Shown here in pieces: positions 48,501 to 60,601 of a stretch of DNA of 64,000 nucleotides. A model generated the notes under the pieces. It ran no database searches. It was not told the DNA's origin and saw only the letters and a program-made list of their open reading frames with translations. Numbering within the stretch: the stretch's first letter is position 1; each line of letters opens with the position of its first letter. The stretch covers positions 166,972 to 230,971 of the forward strand of contig NIVC01000639.1 in assembly GCA_002269645.1 (NCBI GenBank). Reading direction: 5' to 3'. The DNA is from Macrostomum lignano (Eukaryota). The position numbers and the translations under genes were made by a program.

Positions 48501-49517
48501 TATGAGCAGGCTATCAGTAGGTATGACCATTATGAGCAGGCTATCAGTAGGCATGACATTTATGAGCAGGCTATAATTATACATGACCATTATCAGTAGG
48601 CTATAAATAGGCATGACCATTATGAGCAGGCTGTCAGAAGGCATAACCATTATGAGCATTCTATCAGTAGGCATGACCATTATGAGCAGGCTATCAGTAG
48701 GCATGACAATTATGAGCAAGCTATAACTATACATGACCATTATGAGCAGATAATAAGTAGGCATGACCATTATGAGAAGGCTATCAGTAGGCATGACCAT
48801 TATGAGCAGGCTATCAGTAGGCATGACCATTATGAGCAGGCTATCAGTAGGCATGACCATTATGAGCAGGCTATCAGTAGGCATGACCATTATGAGCAGG
48901 CTATCAGTAGGCATGACCATTATGAGCAGGCTATCAGTAGGCATGACCATTATGAGCAGGCTATCAGTAGGCATGACCATTATGAGCAGGCTATAATTAT
49001 ACATGACCATTATGAGCAGATTATAAGTAGGCATGACCATTATGAGCAGATTACAAGTAGACATGACCATTATGAGCAGGCTATCAGTAGGCATGACCAT
49101 TATGAGCAGGCTATCAGTAGGCATGACCATTATGAGCAGGCTATCAGTAGGCATGACCATTATGAGCAGGCTATCAGTAGGCATGACCATTATGAGCAGG
49201 CTATCAGTAGGCATGACCATTATGAGCAGGCTATAATTATACATGACCATTATGAGCAGATTATAAGTAGGCATGACCATTATGAGCAGATTACAAGTAG
49301 ACATGACCATTATGAGCAGGCTATCAGTAGGCATGACCATTATGAGCAGAACCAAGCCAGCAGCCTCGCACACCCGCCCACAGAGATGCCGGTCTATCCC
49401 ACCATCACGGCCCAGGTGAGCTTCCGCCACTACGAGCTGCGCACCGACCTCGCCGACTCGCTGTTCACCATCCCGGAGGGCTTCAAGCACAGCCGGCGCC
49501 GGTTCCCCAACTTGTGA
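39528..49517 (+). CDS. ANKRD13C: ANKRD13-family (ANKRD13C-like) ankyrin-repeat / GPCR-chaperone-domain protein, 7 coding exons, about 521 aa
   Basis: Exons 39528-39876, 40716-40862, 43997-44128, 44942-45261, 46587-46969, 48183-48283 and 49384-49517; all GT-AG and phase-compatible (sum 1,566 nt). Motifs GNTAIHIA, DFYLEIKWDFQTWVPLLSRLLPSD, LPPGFPVKIEMPVYPT; ends FPNL* with no UIMs. The start codon is the least certain part. Confidence 0.9.
40060..40680. repeat. ~58-bp minisatellite, ANKRD13 intron 1
   Basis: Unit AAAAACAGTACTCAATCTTGGTTGCTAGGCAACCATCTTTGTTTGTAGGTAAAATCTT. Confidence 0.9.
41200..42827. repeat. 20-bp array grading into a 37-bp minisatellite, ANKRD13 intron 2
   Basis: CCCTGGGTCTCTCAAGATAT, then CCTGGGTCTCTCAAGGTGTCCCTGGTGTCTGTGTATG. 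Confidence 0.95.
43378..43960. repeat. 12-bp minisatellite, ANKRD13 intron 2
   Basis: GACAGACTGGCT/GACAGACTGAGT/GACAGAGTGTCT variants. Confidence 0.95.
44165..44925. repeat. ~41-bp minisatellite, ANKRD13 intron 3
   Basis: CACTCCCTCTGCCACACCTGTCACTCTCCCACCTGATCCGT-like units. Confidence 0.92.
45292..46460. repeat. 17-bp minisatellite, ANKRD13 intron 4
   Basis: Unit GTGGGATTCCTGTGTCT. Confidence 0.96.
46985..48105. repeat. 22-bp minisatellite, ANKRD13 intron 5
   Basis: Unit CATGAGATTGTGAGATTCCTAC. Confidence 0.95.
48440..49350. repeat. 30-bp minisatellite, ANKRD13 intron 6
   Basis: Unit TATGAGCAGGCTATCAGTAGGCATGACCAT. Confidence 0.96.
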
Positions 49518-49689
49518 CGGGACCTGGGGGACGCGGCCCTCCTGCTGCCGCTGACCGCGCCGCTGGTGGCCGAGGCTGACGACGGCGGCCACCTGCTGTG
49601 CGTCGACCTGCCGCTGTCCAATGTCGGCGAGTCCGGGCCCGTCCTCCGAGTGGAACTCTGATGTCCTTGATAGAATGCTGCATTGAGTC

Positions 49690-50070
49690 CTTTGATGTGT
49701 GCCACCCCCGCTGCTATCTGAATCCTTTGATGTGTGCCGCCCCCGCTGCTATCTGAATCCTTTGATGTGTGCCGCCCCCGCTGCTATCTGAATCCTTTGA
49801 TGTGTGCCACCCCCGCTGCTATCTGAATCCTTTGATGTGTGCCACCCCCGCTGCTATCTGAATCCTTTGATGTGTGCCGCCCCCGCTGCTATATGAATCC
49901 TTTGATGTGTGCCGCCCCCGCTGCTATCTGAATCCTTTGATGTGTGCCACCCCCGCTGCTATCTGAATCCTTTGATGTGTGCCGCCCCCGCTGCTATCTG
50001 AATCCTTTGATGTGTGCCGCCCCCGCTGCTATCTGAATCCTTTGATGTGTGCCACCCCCGCTGCTATCTG
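49690..50070. repeat. 35-bp minisatellite just 3' of the ANKRD13 stop
   Basis: Unit AATCCTTTGATGTGTGCCGCCCCCGCTGCTATCTG. Confidence 0.95.
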
Positions 50071-50809
50071 ATCACAGAATGTCCGGTATTGTTCAATCTA
50101 CTCTAGAGAGCGGATTATTTTTTATTTTTACGAAACCAATTTTAGTTTTAAAGTTTTAAAAGTGCTTATCGTGATGTTTTTACTGCTTATTTTAATCGAA
50201 AGCTGAATTGAAATTTTAGTTGTAGTTTAAAACTAATTGCTTACTCTCGATGATGAGGATTATCATGATGTTGTTAATTGGTGACCCAACTAGAGTGCCG
50301 GAGCAGTGCGCCTGCACCTGTACAATATCCGGGTCCATTGGTTTGCCTCTTGCCTCATTTTCTATTCGAACTGCCGCTCAGCTTGCGGTATCCCAGTTGT
50401 CTCAGGTAGTGAGATGCAGCACCCCACATTGTTGGCCAATATTTGAAGGCCGATTTTTGCAAATTTGCACGCAACGAAAATGGAAAACTGACGACAGCAG
50501 CCCGGAACTGTCAAATTTTCTAAACCAGTCGCTCGCGCCCCAGTGGCTTTTTTTGCAACTTCTGAGCGGTCAGCATTGATGATTTTGTACAAATTCAATG
50601 GAATAATTCACTGTTCACACTTACAAGCACCAGTGCTTTGAACCAACTGGCATATCTGTGTCCATTGTGATCTGCTTTCTATTCAGCACTGGACTTGTGG
50701 CTTTTCAAATACACAAGATTCTAATAAATTTTGTCTGGCTTTTGATTTTTTATCCAAATAGATAGTCAGAGATGCGACCCCTGTTTTTGTAACAATTTAT
50801 GAATTCCTG

Positions 50810-51280
50810 GGGCAGCACACACTGAGGCCTGAAGCACTGGGGGCAGCACACACTGAGGCCTGAAGCACTGGGGCAGCACACACTGAGGCCTGAAGCACTG
50901 GGGCAGCACACACTGAGGCCTGAAGCACTGGGGCAGCACACACTGAGGCCTGAAGCACTGGGGCAGCACACACTGAGGCCTGAAGCACTGAGGGCAGCAC
51001 AAACTGAGGCCTGAAGCACTGGGGGGCAGCACACACTGAGGCCTGAAGCACTGAGAGCAGCACACACTGAGGCCTGAAGCACTGGGGGGCAGCACACACT
51101 GAGGCCTGAAGCACTGGGGGGGTGGGGCAGCACACACTGAGGCCTGAAGCACTGGGGGGGTGGGGCAGCACACACTGAGGCCTGAAGCACTGGGGCAGCA
51201 CACACTGAGGCCTGAAGAACTGGGGGGCAGAACACACTGAGGCCTGAAGAACTGGGGGCAGAACACACTGAGGCCTGGAG
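50810..51280. repeat. 30-bp minisatellite
   Basis: Unit GGGGCAGCACACACTGAGGCCTGAAGCACT. Confidence 0.95.
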
Positions 51281-51367
51281 GTCTTCTGGCATGAACCACT
51301 CTGCATGAATGAGGTCAAAAAACATAAAAAGAGCTCTTAAACCGCTTCAGCCCTTTCCACATCCCGA

Positions 51368-52068
51368 ATGTCCGCACCGGAGCCATTGGCCGGCCGCAGC
51401 GCCGCCGACCTCAGGCGAGGCGGAGCCAGCGAGGCGGAGCGCCGGCTGCTCACCTACGCGGCGGAGTTCATCGAGCTGCTGCTGCACCAGCTGCTGCGCC
51501 GGCACCGGGTGTACCCGACTGGCGCCTTCCAGCTGCGCCAGCGCTACGGCTTGCCCGTGTGGCAGTGCGCGCACCCCCGGGTCGCCGAGTACACCGCGGC
51601 CGTGGCCAGCACCTTCGAGTTGTGCGCTGGCGCCGTCGACCGACTGCGGGTGACGTTCCGGCCCTGCCGCCCAGACCGTCGGGCAGTTCGCTACTGCCTG
51701 CTGGTGCGGCTGCGGCCTCAGCGGTTCGAGGACAACGCGGACGCCTGTCTGCGTCTGGAGGCCCAGCTGGCCCGCCTGCTGCTGTGCGCGCTGGAGCCGC
51801 CGCAGTGCAGGGAAGCCGCCGCAGAGCCGGCTGACGGAGCCGAGGAATCAGCTGAGTGGAGCGTGGAATTCGTTGCTAAGGAACCGCTGGAGGGACTCGC
51901 GAGTCCGCACTTCCCATCGGCCGGGTCGGCTGCGAGGATGGCGGCGAGCGAGAGACATTCGGCGACGGCGCCCGCAGTCGATTGGCGCCGATGGGTAGCG
52001 CCGTGGCGCCGTTTCTGGGCCTGGATCTCGTTTTGGAGGAGCTGCCTGAGGATGCTGGGGAGGCGTAG
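51368..52068 (+). CDS. MAD2L2: REV7/MAD2L2-like HORMA-domain protein with an apparent 1-nt frameshift near 51892
   Basis: EFIELLLHQLLRRHRVYPTGAFQLRQRYGLPVWQCAHPRVAEY matches the REV7 N-terminal pattern ([43 protein letters not shown]). A REV7-like C-terminus (RLAPMGSAVAPFLGLDLVLEE...*, stop at 52066-52068) lies in another frame; adding one G at GGG 51892-51894 gives a 233-aa protein. Confidence 0.75.
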
Positions 52069-52074
52069 GCGGAT

Positions 52075-52562
52075 GTGGGAGAGGCATGCACTGATGTGGG
52101 GAAGGCATGCACTGATGTGGGGGGAGGCATGCACTGATGTGGGGGGAGGCATGCACTGATGTGGGGGGAGGCATGCACTGATGTGGGGAAGGCATGCACT
52201 GATGTGGGGAAGGCATGCACTGATGTGGGGGGAGGCATGCACTGATGTGGGGAAGGCATGCACTGATGTGGGGGGAGGCATGCACTGATGTGGGGAAGGC
52301 ATGCACTGATGTGGGGGAGGCATGCACTGATGTGGGGAGACATGCACGGGTGTGGGGGAGGCATGCACTGATGTGGGGGGAGGCATGCACTGATGTGGGG
52401 GGAGGCATGCACTGATGTGGGGAAGGCATGCACTGATGTGGGGGGAGGCATGCACTGATGTGGGGGAGGCATGCACTGATGTGGGGGAGGCATGCACTGA
52501 TGTGGGGGAGGCATGCACTGATGTGGGGGAGACATGCACGGGTGTGGGGGAGGCATGCACTG
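52075..52562. repeat. 21-22-bp minisatellite
   Basis: Unit GCATGCACTGATGTGGGGGAG. Confidence 0.95.
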
Positions 52563-52854
52563 ATGACACCCAGCTGCCCAGTGTTTTTACAAAGCTTAAA
52601 TTTGTGCTCATTTTTACTTCCAGTTTAAACCGTTGCATTTTTGTAAATACAAACTACTGCGCGCTGTGATCTGCGGTGAAAATGTTATTAAAAAATAAAA
52701 ACTTTTCTTTTTGCTGAGCTTTGAATAGTTAATCTTTATTATTTATATAGCCAGGGCATCCTAAATATTTCTTGCTAAAGTTGCCGAAGTGATTCAGAGT
52801 AACGGTTTAATGGGGTCGAGTTTAATGTGGGGGTAAATTCTGGTTTAATTGGGT

Positions 52855-53898
52855 TGTGAAGTCGGGTTTAATGGGGCTGTGAAGTCGGGTTTAATGGGGC
52901 TGTGAAGTCGGGTTTAATGGGGCTGTGAAGTCGGGTTTAATGGGGCTGTGAAGTAGGGTTTAATGGGGCTGTGAAGTAGGGTTTAATGGGGCTGTGAAGT
53001 CGGGTTTAATGGGGCTGTGAAGTCGGGTTTAATGGGGCTGTGAAGTCGGGTTTAATGGGGCTGTGAAGTCTGGTTTAATGTGGCTGTGAAGTCGGGTTTA
53101 ATGGGGCTGTGAAGTCGGGTTTAATGGGGTTGTGAAGTCGGGTTTAATGGGGCTGTGAAGTCGGGTTTAATGAGGCTGTGAAGTCGGGTTTAATGGGGTT
53201 GTGAAGTCGGGTTTAATGGGGCTGTGAAGTCGGGTTTAATGGGGCTGTGAAGTCGGGTTTAATGAGACTGTGAAGTAGGGTTTAATGGGGCTGTGAAGTC
53301 GGGTTTAATGGGGCTGTGAAGTCAGGTTCAATGGGGCTGTGAAGTCGGGTTTAATGGGGCTGTGAAGTCAGGTTTAATGGGGCTGTGAAGTCGGGTTTAA
53401 TGGGGCTGTGAAGTCGGGTTTAATGGGGCTGTGAAGTCGGGTTTAATGGGGCTGTGAAGTCGGGTTTAATGAGACTGTGAAGTAGGGTTTAATGGGGCTG
53501 TGAAGTCGGGTTTAATGGGGCTGTGAAGTCAGGTTTAATGGGGCTGTGAAGTCTGGTTTAATGAGACTGTGAAGTAGGGTTTAATGGGGCTGTGAAGTCG
53601 GGTTTAATGGGGCTGTGAAGTCAGGTTTAATGGGGCTGTGAAGTCGGGTTTAATGGGGCTGTGAAGTCGGGTTTAATGGGGCTGTGAAGTCGGGTTTAAT
53701 GGGGCTGTGAAGTCTGGTTTAATGGGGCTGTGAAGTCGGGTTTAATGGGGCTGTGAAGTCGGGTTTAATGGGGCTGTGAAGTCGGGTTTAATGGGGCTGT
53801 GAAGTCGGGTTTAATGGGGCTGTGAAGTCAGGTTTAATAGGGCTGTGAAGTCGGGTTTAATGGGGCTGTGAAGTCGGGTTTAATGGGGCTGTGAAGTT
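52855..53898. repeat. 23-bp minisatellite
   Basis: Unit GTCGGGTTTAATGGGGCTGTGAA. Confidence 0.96.
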
Positions 53899-54798
53899 GG
53901 CTGCAAGAATTCAGAAGAGTCCATAAGATTTTTCCGCCGAGATTTGCCCACAATGCTTTTTTCTGCAGTGCGTTTTGACTCCAATTCTCTTAGTAAAGAG
54001 AGTTAAGAGAGAGAAATGAAGTCCTGCTGCATGGAAGAAATTTGATATGCAGTTACATGTACTACCGCCACGTCTTGATTGGGTAAATTTCTTCAGTAAG
54101 ATTTACATGTAATAGGAAAAGCATTGCGGGCTACCTACATGTACCTTGGATTGCCTGATGTCTTGCGCTTCTGACGTCACAACGTGCTGAATTTCTCTTG
54201 CAGAGTAAACTTGTGTGAAAGAAATCTAGCACTTTGTGATGCCTGAAGCGTGACTGCTCACAGCTAAAACAGAGCTGGAAACCATCGACAGTAAAGTAAA
54301 TTGAGAAGGTGCTCAGACTTGAAACTGCTTCGAGCGCATGCTTTGTCAGGATTGACAAACTGCAGTCAACCAAACTGGCTGTGTCAACCTTTGTAAACTT
54401 GCAAATTTATGCAAAACTGCCCCTGCAGACGAGATAAACCTTCCTTTATTGAGTCTTGACTCTAACCAGTGATGCTGCGCATTATTCACCAGCTGCACTG
54501 AGTTTATATTTCAGACTCTATCTGGTCCCGTTTAACAGGCACTATCAAAGAAAATATTAAACAGACACTGCTCAAAGAGCTTTGTTGGGTTTGCTCACGA
54601 CTGCTTTAAGGACTAAAATCCTCTGGGTTTATTTTTTGACAACTCTCTTTCCTTGCTCAGATTGCTAGTCAAACACGAGAGTGTTCTCAGTATTGTCACC
54701 TCGTAGCATCGTGTTCTCACTGGCACTTCTTTGCTCGGCTTGTAAGCCAAGCACTCTCGGTTTGCTTCAAAGCATTGGGTTCTCAATCTGCTCAAGCC

Positions 54799-56761
54799 TC
54801 AAACCTGCTGGCACCAGCTGTCCAGCAGCGCAAACTCGCTCTGCGTGAGCACTCGAGTGCTCAGGCCAAAACATGAGATGCTGCCCCGCACAGAGAAGCT
54901 CGAATTTCCGGGGAAGCCTCCCAGATGCAGGCATTGGAAATTGGCGTTGCTGAGACCGCCGACCGCCTCCGTCTCGTCCAGGGTGGCGCCGCGCGCGTTG
55001 CCGTTGAAGTAGAAGCCGGAGGCAGTTGTCGAGTTGAAGGAGACCCCAGCAGCAATAGAAGCCGCGGAGCTGTTCGAACTTGCATTAAACGCGGCGTCAG
55101 ACCTGAACAGGCGGGATATCGACTCGGCTGGCCAGAACACGTTGTGCCAAATCTTTCCATCGTACACGAAGAAGTCGTGAGAGACGTTGTTGCTGATGCA
55201 CTGCCGAAACACGGCATACGTGGCGCTGCGGTTCAGAGGTGACTTGCGTGCACTTGCCGGCTAAATTAACAGCGAGCTGTTTCAGACTTTTAGAAAATTA
55301 TACTCACTCAATGTTCAGCGGGTGCTTGGCCCGGACGAAGAAGGAGAACTTGTTGCCCTTGTTGACCACCGTCTCGAAGCCGGGCGTCTCCGCCATCAGG
55401 AAGGAGTCGGGGCTCTGCACAAAGTGCGCACCAGAGGCGTTCACAGTGGCGTTGCCGCTACTCAGCCGGTACTTAGAGGGATCGGCGACGTTCTCGAGGC
55501 CGTGGCTGGCGAACCTGTAGAGCAGCTTGAGGCACAGCTGGGCCACAATCGGGTCCACGGATGACGGCACTGGAATGGTTTGATGATGGTCAATCGGGCG
55601 ATTGTGAAAATGATTTATGAGTTGCTGACAAGACCGAAACGAGATGTCAACTTAAGCATGGGAATCCATCAATCCGTAATGGGGAGGAATGCCCTTCCTG
55701 CCTCTCCGGTGTCGAGAATGCGGAGCACTTCATCTGTGACTGCTCTGCCTATACTCAGAACAGGTGTAGTGACTGTGCATCGGGCCTAGGTGTTGTCAAG
55801 CGACCATCCACGACCTGGACTCTCCGAAGGAAAACCGCGCAGCGGATCTTCAAGGATCTCCTTGTGCGAAAACGCAACACCAGCTGCCCGTGGTCACCAG
55901 AGGTCAGCAAAATGGGCGGAGACGCCTCCCCACTGTATCCAAATGTCCGGAACCCCCTGCAGCTGGGTCAAGTAAGTCACGGGAATCCATTGGTTCACAG
56001 GGGATATAGGGGATAAAACTGGGATTTCACCTTAACTTAAACCTAGAACGGAGCCCAACGAAAAGTTTCAAACTAAAGCGCCTTCAACCGGAACCCCTGC
56101 ATCCCTGGAAGCCCCTTGTGAGGGATCTGGAGGAGAGGTCACGGCTTCTCTAATCGACTGTTCCGAAGAAATGATCGAATGCAGTCCGTCTGGTCCAGGG
56201 GCCCAGCTTCACAAGAAAAAAATAACAAAACATCGAAAAATATTATCGGGTCTTTCGCAAGACCGAAGCATTGGAAAACCCTCATCAACAACAAGCGCTA
56301 CCAGCCTGATTGATGAATCCTTTACCCATTCTGAGAACTTGGCATCGGCAAAACTGCCTTTTCATGTAAACAGTCTTTCAATCTGACCAAGCGGTTTTCG
56401 GTCTTGCATGTATGATATCTCAGTCCTTATGGATAAGCGACCCCCACGTCATGCACAGCCTCGCACCTTGTCTATACGACTCGCAGGGCCCATTGCTCCA
56501 CAGGGCCAGTCCCTCGCACGTGGAGTTGCCATGGTAACAGAGACCGGCTGTCCGGTTGAAGTGGAACAGGTCGCAGTCCGGCCTGCTGCTGCACGCAGCG
56601 CCGCAGCCAATCTTCGAATTCTCGGCTCGGGCGGGCAGCGCGGAGAGCCGCGGGCACAGGGCGGCCGCTTTGAACTGCTTGACTGTGGAGAGGCCGGGGC
56701 AGCCCTGCAGCAGCTGCAGGAGAACGACGCAGAACAGAAGGAGCTCGCGGTGGGGGCTCAT
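54799..56761 (-). CDS. Secreted protein: signal peptide + PAN/apple-like domain + LamG/concanavalin-like domain, copy A (3 exons, 327 aa)
   Basis: Exons 56761-56467, 55569-55308 and 55225-54799, GT-AG and phase-compatible (984 nt). MSPHRELLLFCVVLLQLL signal; CGAACSSRPDCDLFHFNRTAGLCY (PAN-like); FYFNG...LHLGG...FSVRGSISCFGLSTRVLT (LamG3-like). Domain names come from pattern recall. Confidence 0.8.
55600..56020 (+). mobile_element. Possible LINE 3'-end relic in intron 1 of copy A
   Basis: Plus-strand CPSCLSGVENAEHFICDCSAYTQNR resembles the C-terminal CCHC motif of non-LTR ORF2. The paralogous intron in copy B is only 89 bp. Confidence 0.4.
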
Positions 56762-57499
56762 GGCAAGGGAGGTTGCAAGCAGCGGGGAGAATTGGAGACG
56801 GGGAGGCTGGATGCTTTTATGCATCTTCGGACTCCCAACTCAGCCAATGACCACCTGGATGAATAATTCACAGTCTCCGAGAAATTTGCGAGCCATTGTG
56901 TTTGTCAGCGATGGAGGAAATGCTGGGCTGCACAGGCTTGGAGCAGAAACTGAGGCAGGCCCGCTAATGAGCAAGCAAGCCGTGGGTTGGCAGGCTTCAC
57001 TAGAAAAGCTAAAAATGGTTACCTGTTGGAATCTGCAGCAGGTGCGTCGCCTGGTTTCTAACATCTTCTCTCCGTCGCTAACGTCCTTAGACAGAAATTG
57101 CGTGCCAGAATTATGATAAATGCTCCGTCATGGCTAAAAAACATTTCTGCCTTTACTTCCAGGAGCTTCCAATTAGTTAGGGAGAATTTTTTATAATCTT
57201 TTTTGAGATCTTCTAACTCAACCAGTTGGTAGTGCTTCAATTGCAAGGACAAAAATGTCTGCAAGGAATGGTCGACCCTACTTGAAGTAGAAAAATGGTT
57301 TTCACTTTAAATACCAGAGACTGTGCTGTGGTCTTTCGTATACAATGGTTTCGTATACCAGCTGACTCGAATGACTGCTCATCATTGATACTTGAAAACA
57401 TGTGGCACTTTTTCAAAACTGTTGTAATTGATACGGACCGTGCCCGTTCGTGCCCGTGTGCTAATGACAGAATAGAACATTGGGTTTCAGAAGCCAATA

Positions 57500-57787
57500 T
57501 TCGGTGTCAGAGACAAGTATTAGATGTCCGAGACAAGGATTGGGTGTCAGAGAAAAGTATTGGGTGTCAGAGACAATTATTGGGTGTCCTAGACAAGGAT
57601 TGGGTGTCAGAGACAAGTATTGGGTGTCCGAGACAAGTATTGGGTGTCCGAGACAAGTATTGGGTGGTCAGAGACAAGTATTGGGTGTCCGAGACAAGTA
57701 TTGGGTGGTCAGAGACAATTATTTGGTGTCAGAGACAAGTATTGGGTGTCAGAGACAAGTATTGGGTGTCAGAGACAAGTATTGGGT
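57500..57787. repeat. 20-bp minisatellite
   Basis: Unit CAGAGACAAGTATTGGGTGT. Confidence 0.92.
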
Positions 57788-57879
57788 AGTCAGAAGCACC
57801 ACTTGGGATGCAGTACAGTGGCGGTACAAAAAAGAGGCCGATGCAAGCGTGTCTGGAAGCCGCTGCTGTGGCGCGGGTG

Positions 57880-58270
57880 CATCAACAGCCTCATGGCGGG
57901 TGAATCAACAGCGTCATGGCGGGCCCGCGTGTGCATCAACAGCCTCATGGCGGGTGCATCAACAGCATCATATCGGGTGCATCAATAGCATCATATCGGG
58001 TGCATCAACAGCATCATGGCGGGTGCATCAATAGCATCATATCGGGTGCATCAACAGCATCATGGCGGGTGCATCAATAGCATCATATCGGGTGCATCAA
58101 CAGCATCATGGCGGGTGCATCAACAGCATCATATCGGGTGCATCAATAGCATCATGGCGGGTGCATCAACAGCATCATATCGGGTGCATCAATAGCATCA
58201 TATCGGGTGCATCAATAGCCTCATGGTGGGTGCATCAATAGCATCATGGCGGGTGAATCAACAGCCTCAT
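57880..58270. repeat. 23-bp minisatellite
   Basis: GGGTGCATCAACAGCATCATGGC and ...CATCATATC variants. Confidence 0.92.
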
Positions 58271-59544
58271 GGCGGTGTGCCATATCAGATGTACTGTCTC
58301 GCAATTCTGAGCTCTCACCCTCCATCAAGCGCAGCTGCTTGCGCTAACCTTGTGAGTCAGTTAAGTGCGTCAACTTCGCTTGCCAGCATGCCTTGTCAAA
58401 TAGTTAGACCGGCAGTTGAGTCTTTGTTTGCTTCAGCAGAGGTTTATTGGGTATAAGATTGAGGGAAATTCTGCAGGTTGTTTGAGCTGATTGACAGGTT
58501 TCAGAGTTGCAGGATTTCGCTCGCATTCAGCAGTGCTGCAGCCATAAAAATGTTCAAGCAAGAAAAATAATTTTCTAGAAAAATGTTTTCACGACAGTTG
58601 ACACAATTGTGCCGGAGCGCACCTGGGATTTGGATTTGCAGCTGTGGAGTCTTATTATCGATCGGAAGTGTTCCTAAAGATACAGAATGTCAATTTCAAG
58701 AGACGCTGTAACTGGGCGGCTCCTGCGCTCGGGCTGGGGTATATCTGGCGCTTGACCCCTGAATGTACAATAATTCCCTCGTTATGCCCCTATCATTCCC
58801 CCTGTGGCGTTGTCTCATTCCCCTGCTTTCCCCTGTGCCCCTGATACTGAGTTATGCCGCTTATATTAATACATATTTCCTTCTGTCAACTATAGTAGGG
58901 AGAGGACGCTCTCCCTTTTCTCCCCCTTAACATATTTGCGCCACCAGCTACACCGCCACATCGTTTATTCTCTTTCGCGGCCAATTTCCATTTAGTATTT
59001 TTTATCAGAGGCGGGGGCTGTGTACCCCCTGAGGCACTTTAAGTGACATTGTCACACAATCGGCGAGAGACATTACCGCCCATTCCGCCGGCTCCCCTGA
59101 GCAGGCACACAAGCGCGCGGATAAGTGCGTAGTCATACGCACAGGCACACACTCGCACAGGAGTGCACATCGGCCATAACTTTATTTATCGTTAGGTATG
59201 TACACTTCACTGTGCCTTGGGTTGGGCCCAAGGTAATTCCATGAGCAGACCCAAGCCGAGATTCCAATTTAGCCCCAAATTAATGACTGCACTTGGAATC
59301 GAGCCTGGGCCGCTGGCCCATCACAGCGCCTCGATAGATCACTGGTAGTGCTGCTCTCCTATTGCTACTTGTAGTACACATTCACGACTGCTGTGTTCCT
59401 GATTTGCTTTTTCCTCCAAATGCCTAGGCACTAGCCTCGTAGGTTAGTACGCCCTACCCGTTTTTCTACCCATTTTCTTGCATTTTCCACACGTGATCCG
59501 CGTGATAAGGCTATTTTTAAAAACATTTCAGTGACATTTCTGAT

Positions 59545-60300
59545 TGCAGACCAGTACACACCTAAACTATAGACCAGTACACAGCTAAACTGCAGACAAG
59601 TACACACCTCAACTGCAGACCAGTACACAGCTAAACTGCAGACCAGTACACACCTCAACTGCAGACCAGTACACAGCTAAACTGCAGACCAGTACACACC
59701 TCAACTGCAGACCAGTACACACCTCAACTGCAGACCAGTACACACTTCAACTGCAGACCAGTACACACCTCAACTGCAGACCAGTACACACCTCAACTAC
59801 AGACCAGTACACACCTCAACTGCAGACCAGTACACACCTCAACTGCAGACCAGTACACACCTCAACTGCAGACCAGTACACACCTCAACTGCAGACCAGT
59901 ACACACCTCAACTGCAGACCAGTACACACCTCAACTGCAGACCAGTACACACCTCAACTACAGACCAGTACACACCTCAACTGCAGACCAGTACACACCT
60001 CAACTGCGGACCAGTACACACCTCAACTGCAGACCAGTACACACCTCAACTGCAGACCAGTACACACCTCAACTGCGGACCAGTACACACCTCAACTGCA
60101 GACCAGTACACACCTCAACTGCAGACCAGTACACACCTCAACTGCAGACCAGTACACACCTCAACTACAGACCAATACACAGCTACACTGCAGACCAGTA
60201 CACAGCCAGAGTAAAGACCAGTACACAGCCAGAGTAAAGACCAATACACAGCCAGAGTAAAGACCAGTACACAGCTAAACTGCAGATCAGTACACAGCCA
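59545..60300. repeat. 23-bp minisatellite
   Basis: Unit CAGACCAGTACACACCTCAACTG. Confidence 0.95.
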
Positions 60301-60601
60301 ACTGCTCCAACTCAGTCTGCTCGCATCTACAGAACCTGAGTTATTGAGATGAGCAGCGCCAGTAAAATAAGCTGAAATTCAGAGTCGCGGTTAGCATTTG
60401 AATTTTTGGGATGCTCGAGGAAAAAGGGCCAGCTGGCGTTGTTTATTCGTGTCTGTCTCAGACCGGGACTTGCGTCAGGGATCAGTTTGTCAAGTCTGTC
60501 AGATAAACCTCTTGAATGAAGGATTTGCGCTGTTATTCAATCTTCAGGTGCGATCAGATTCTCAGTTCAACTGCACTGCTGGCTTCCATGGGGCCGCCGC
60601 T

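Noticed and set aside
27838-49517. Functional EGFR-trafficking cluster (APT depalmitoylase and ANKRD13 next to the EGFRs)
   Set aside because: The ANKRD13A/B/D link to ubiquitinated EGFR depends on UIMs, which this C-like protein lacks. Adjacency alone is not evidence without conserved synteny.
56171-56330. Minus-strand LVALVVDE resembling a helicase Walker B motif
   Set aside because: An isolated motif in a short stop-bounded frame, with no other helicase motifs nearby.
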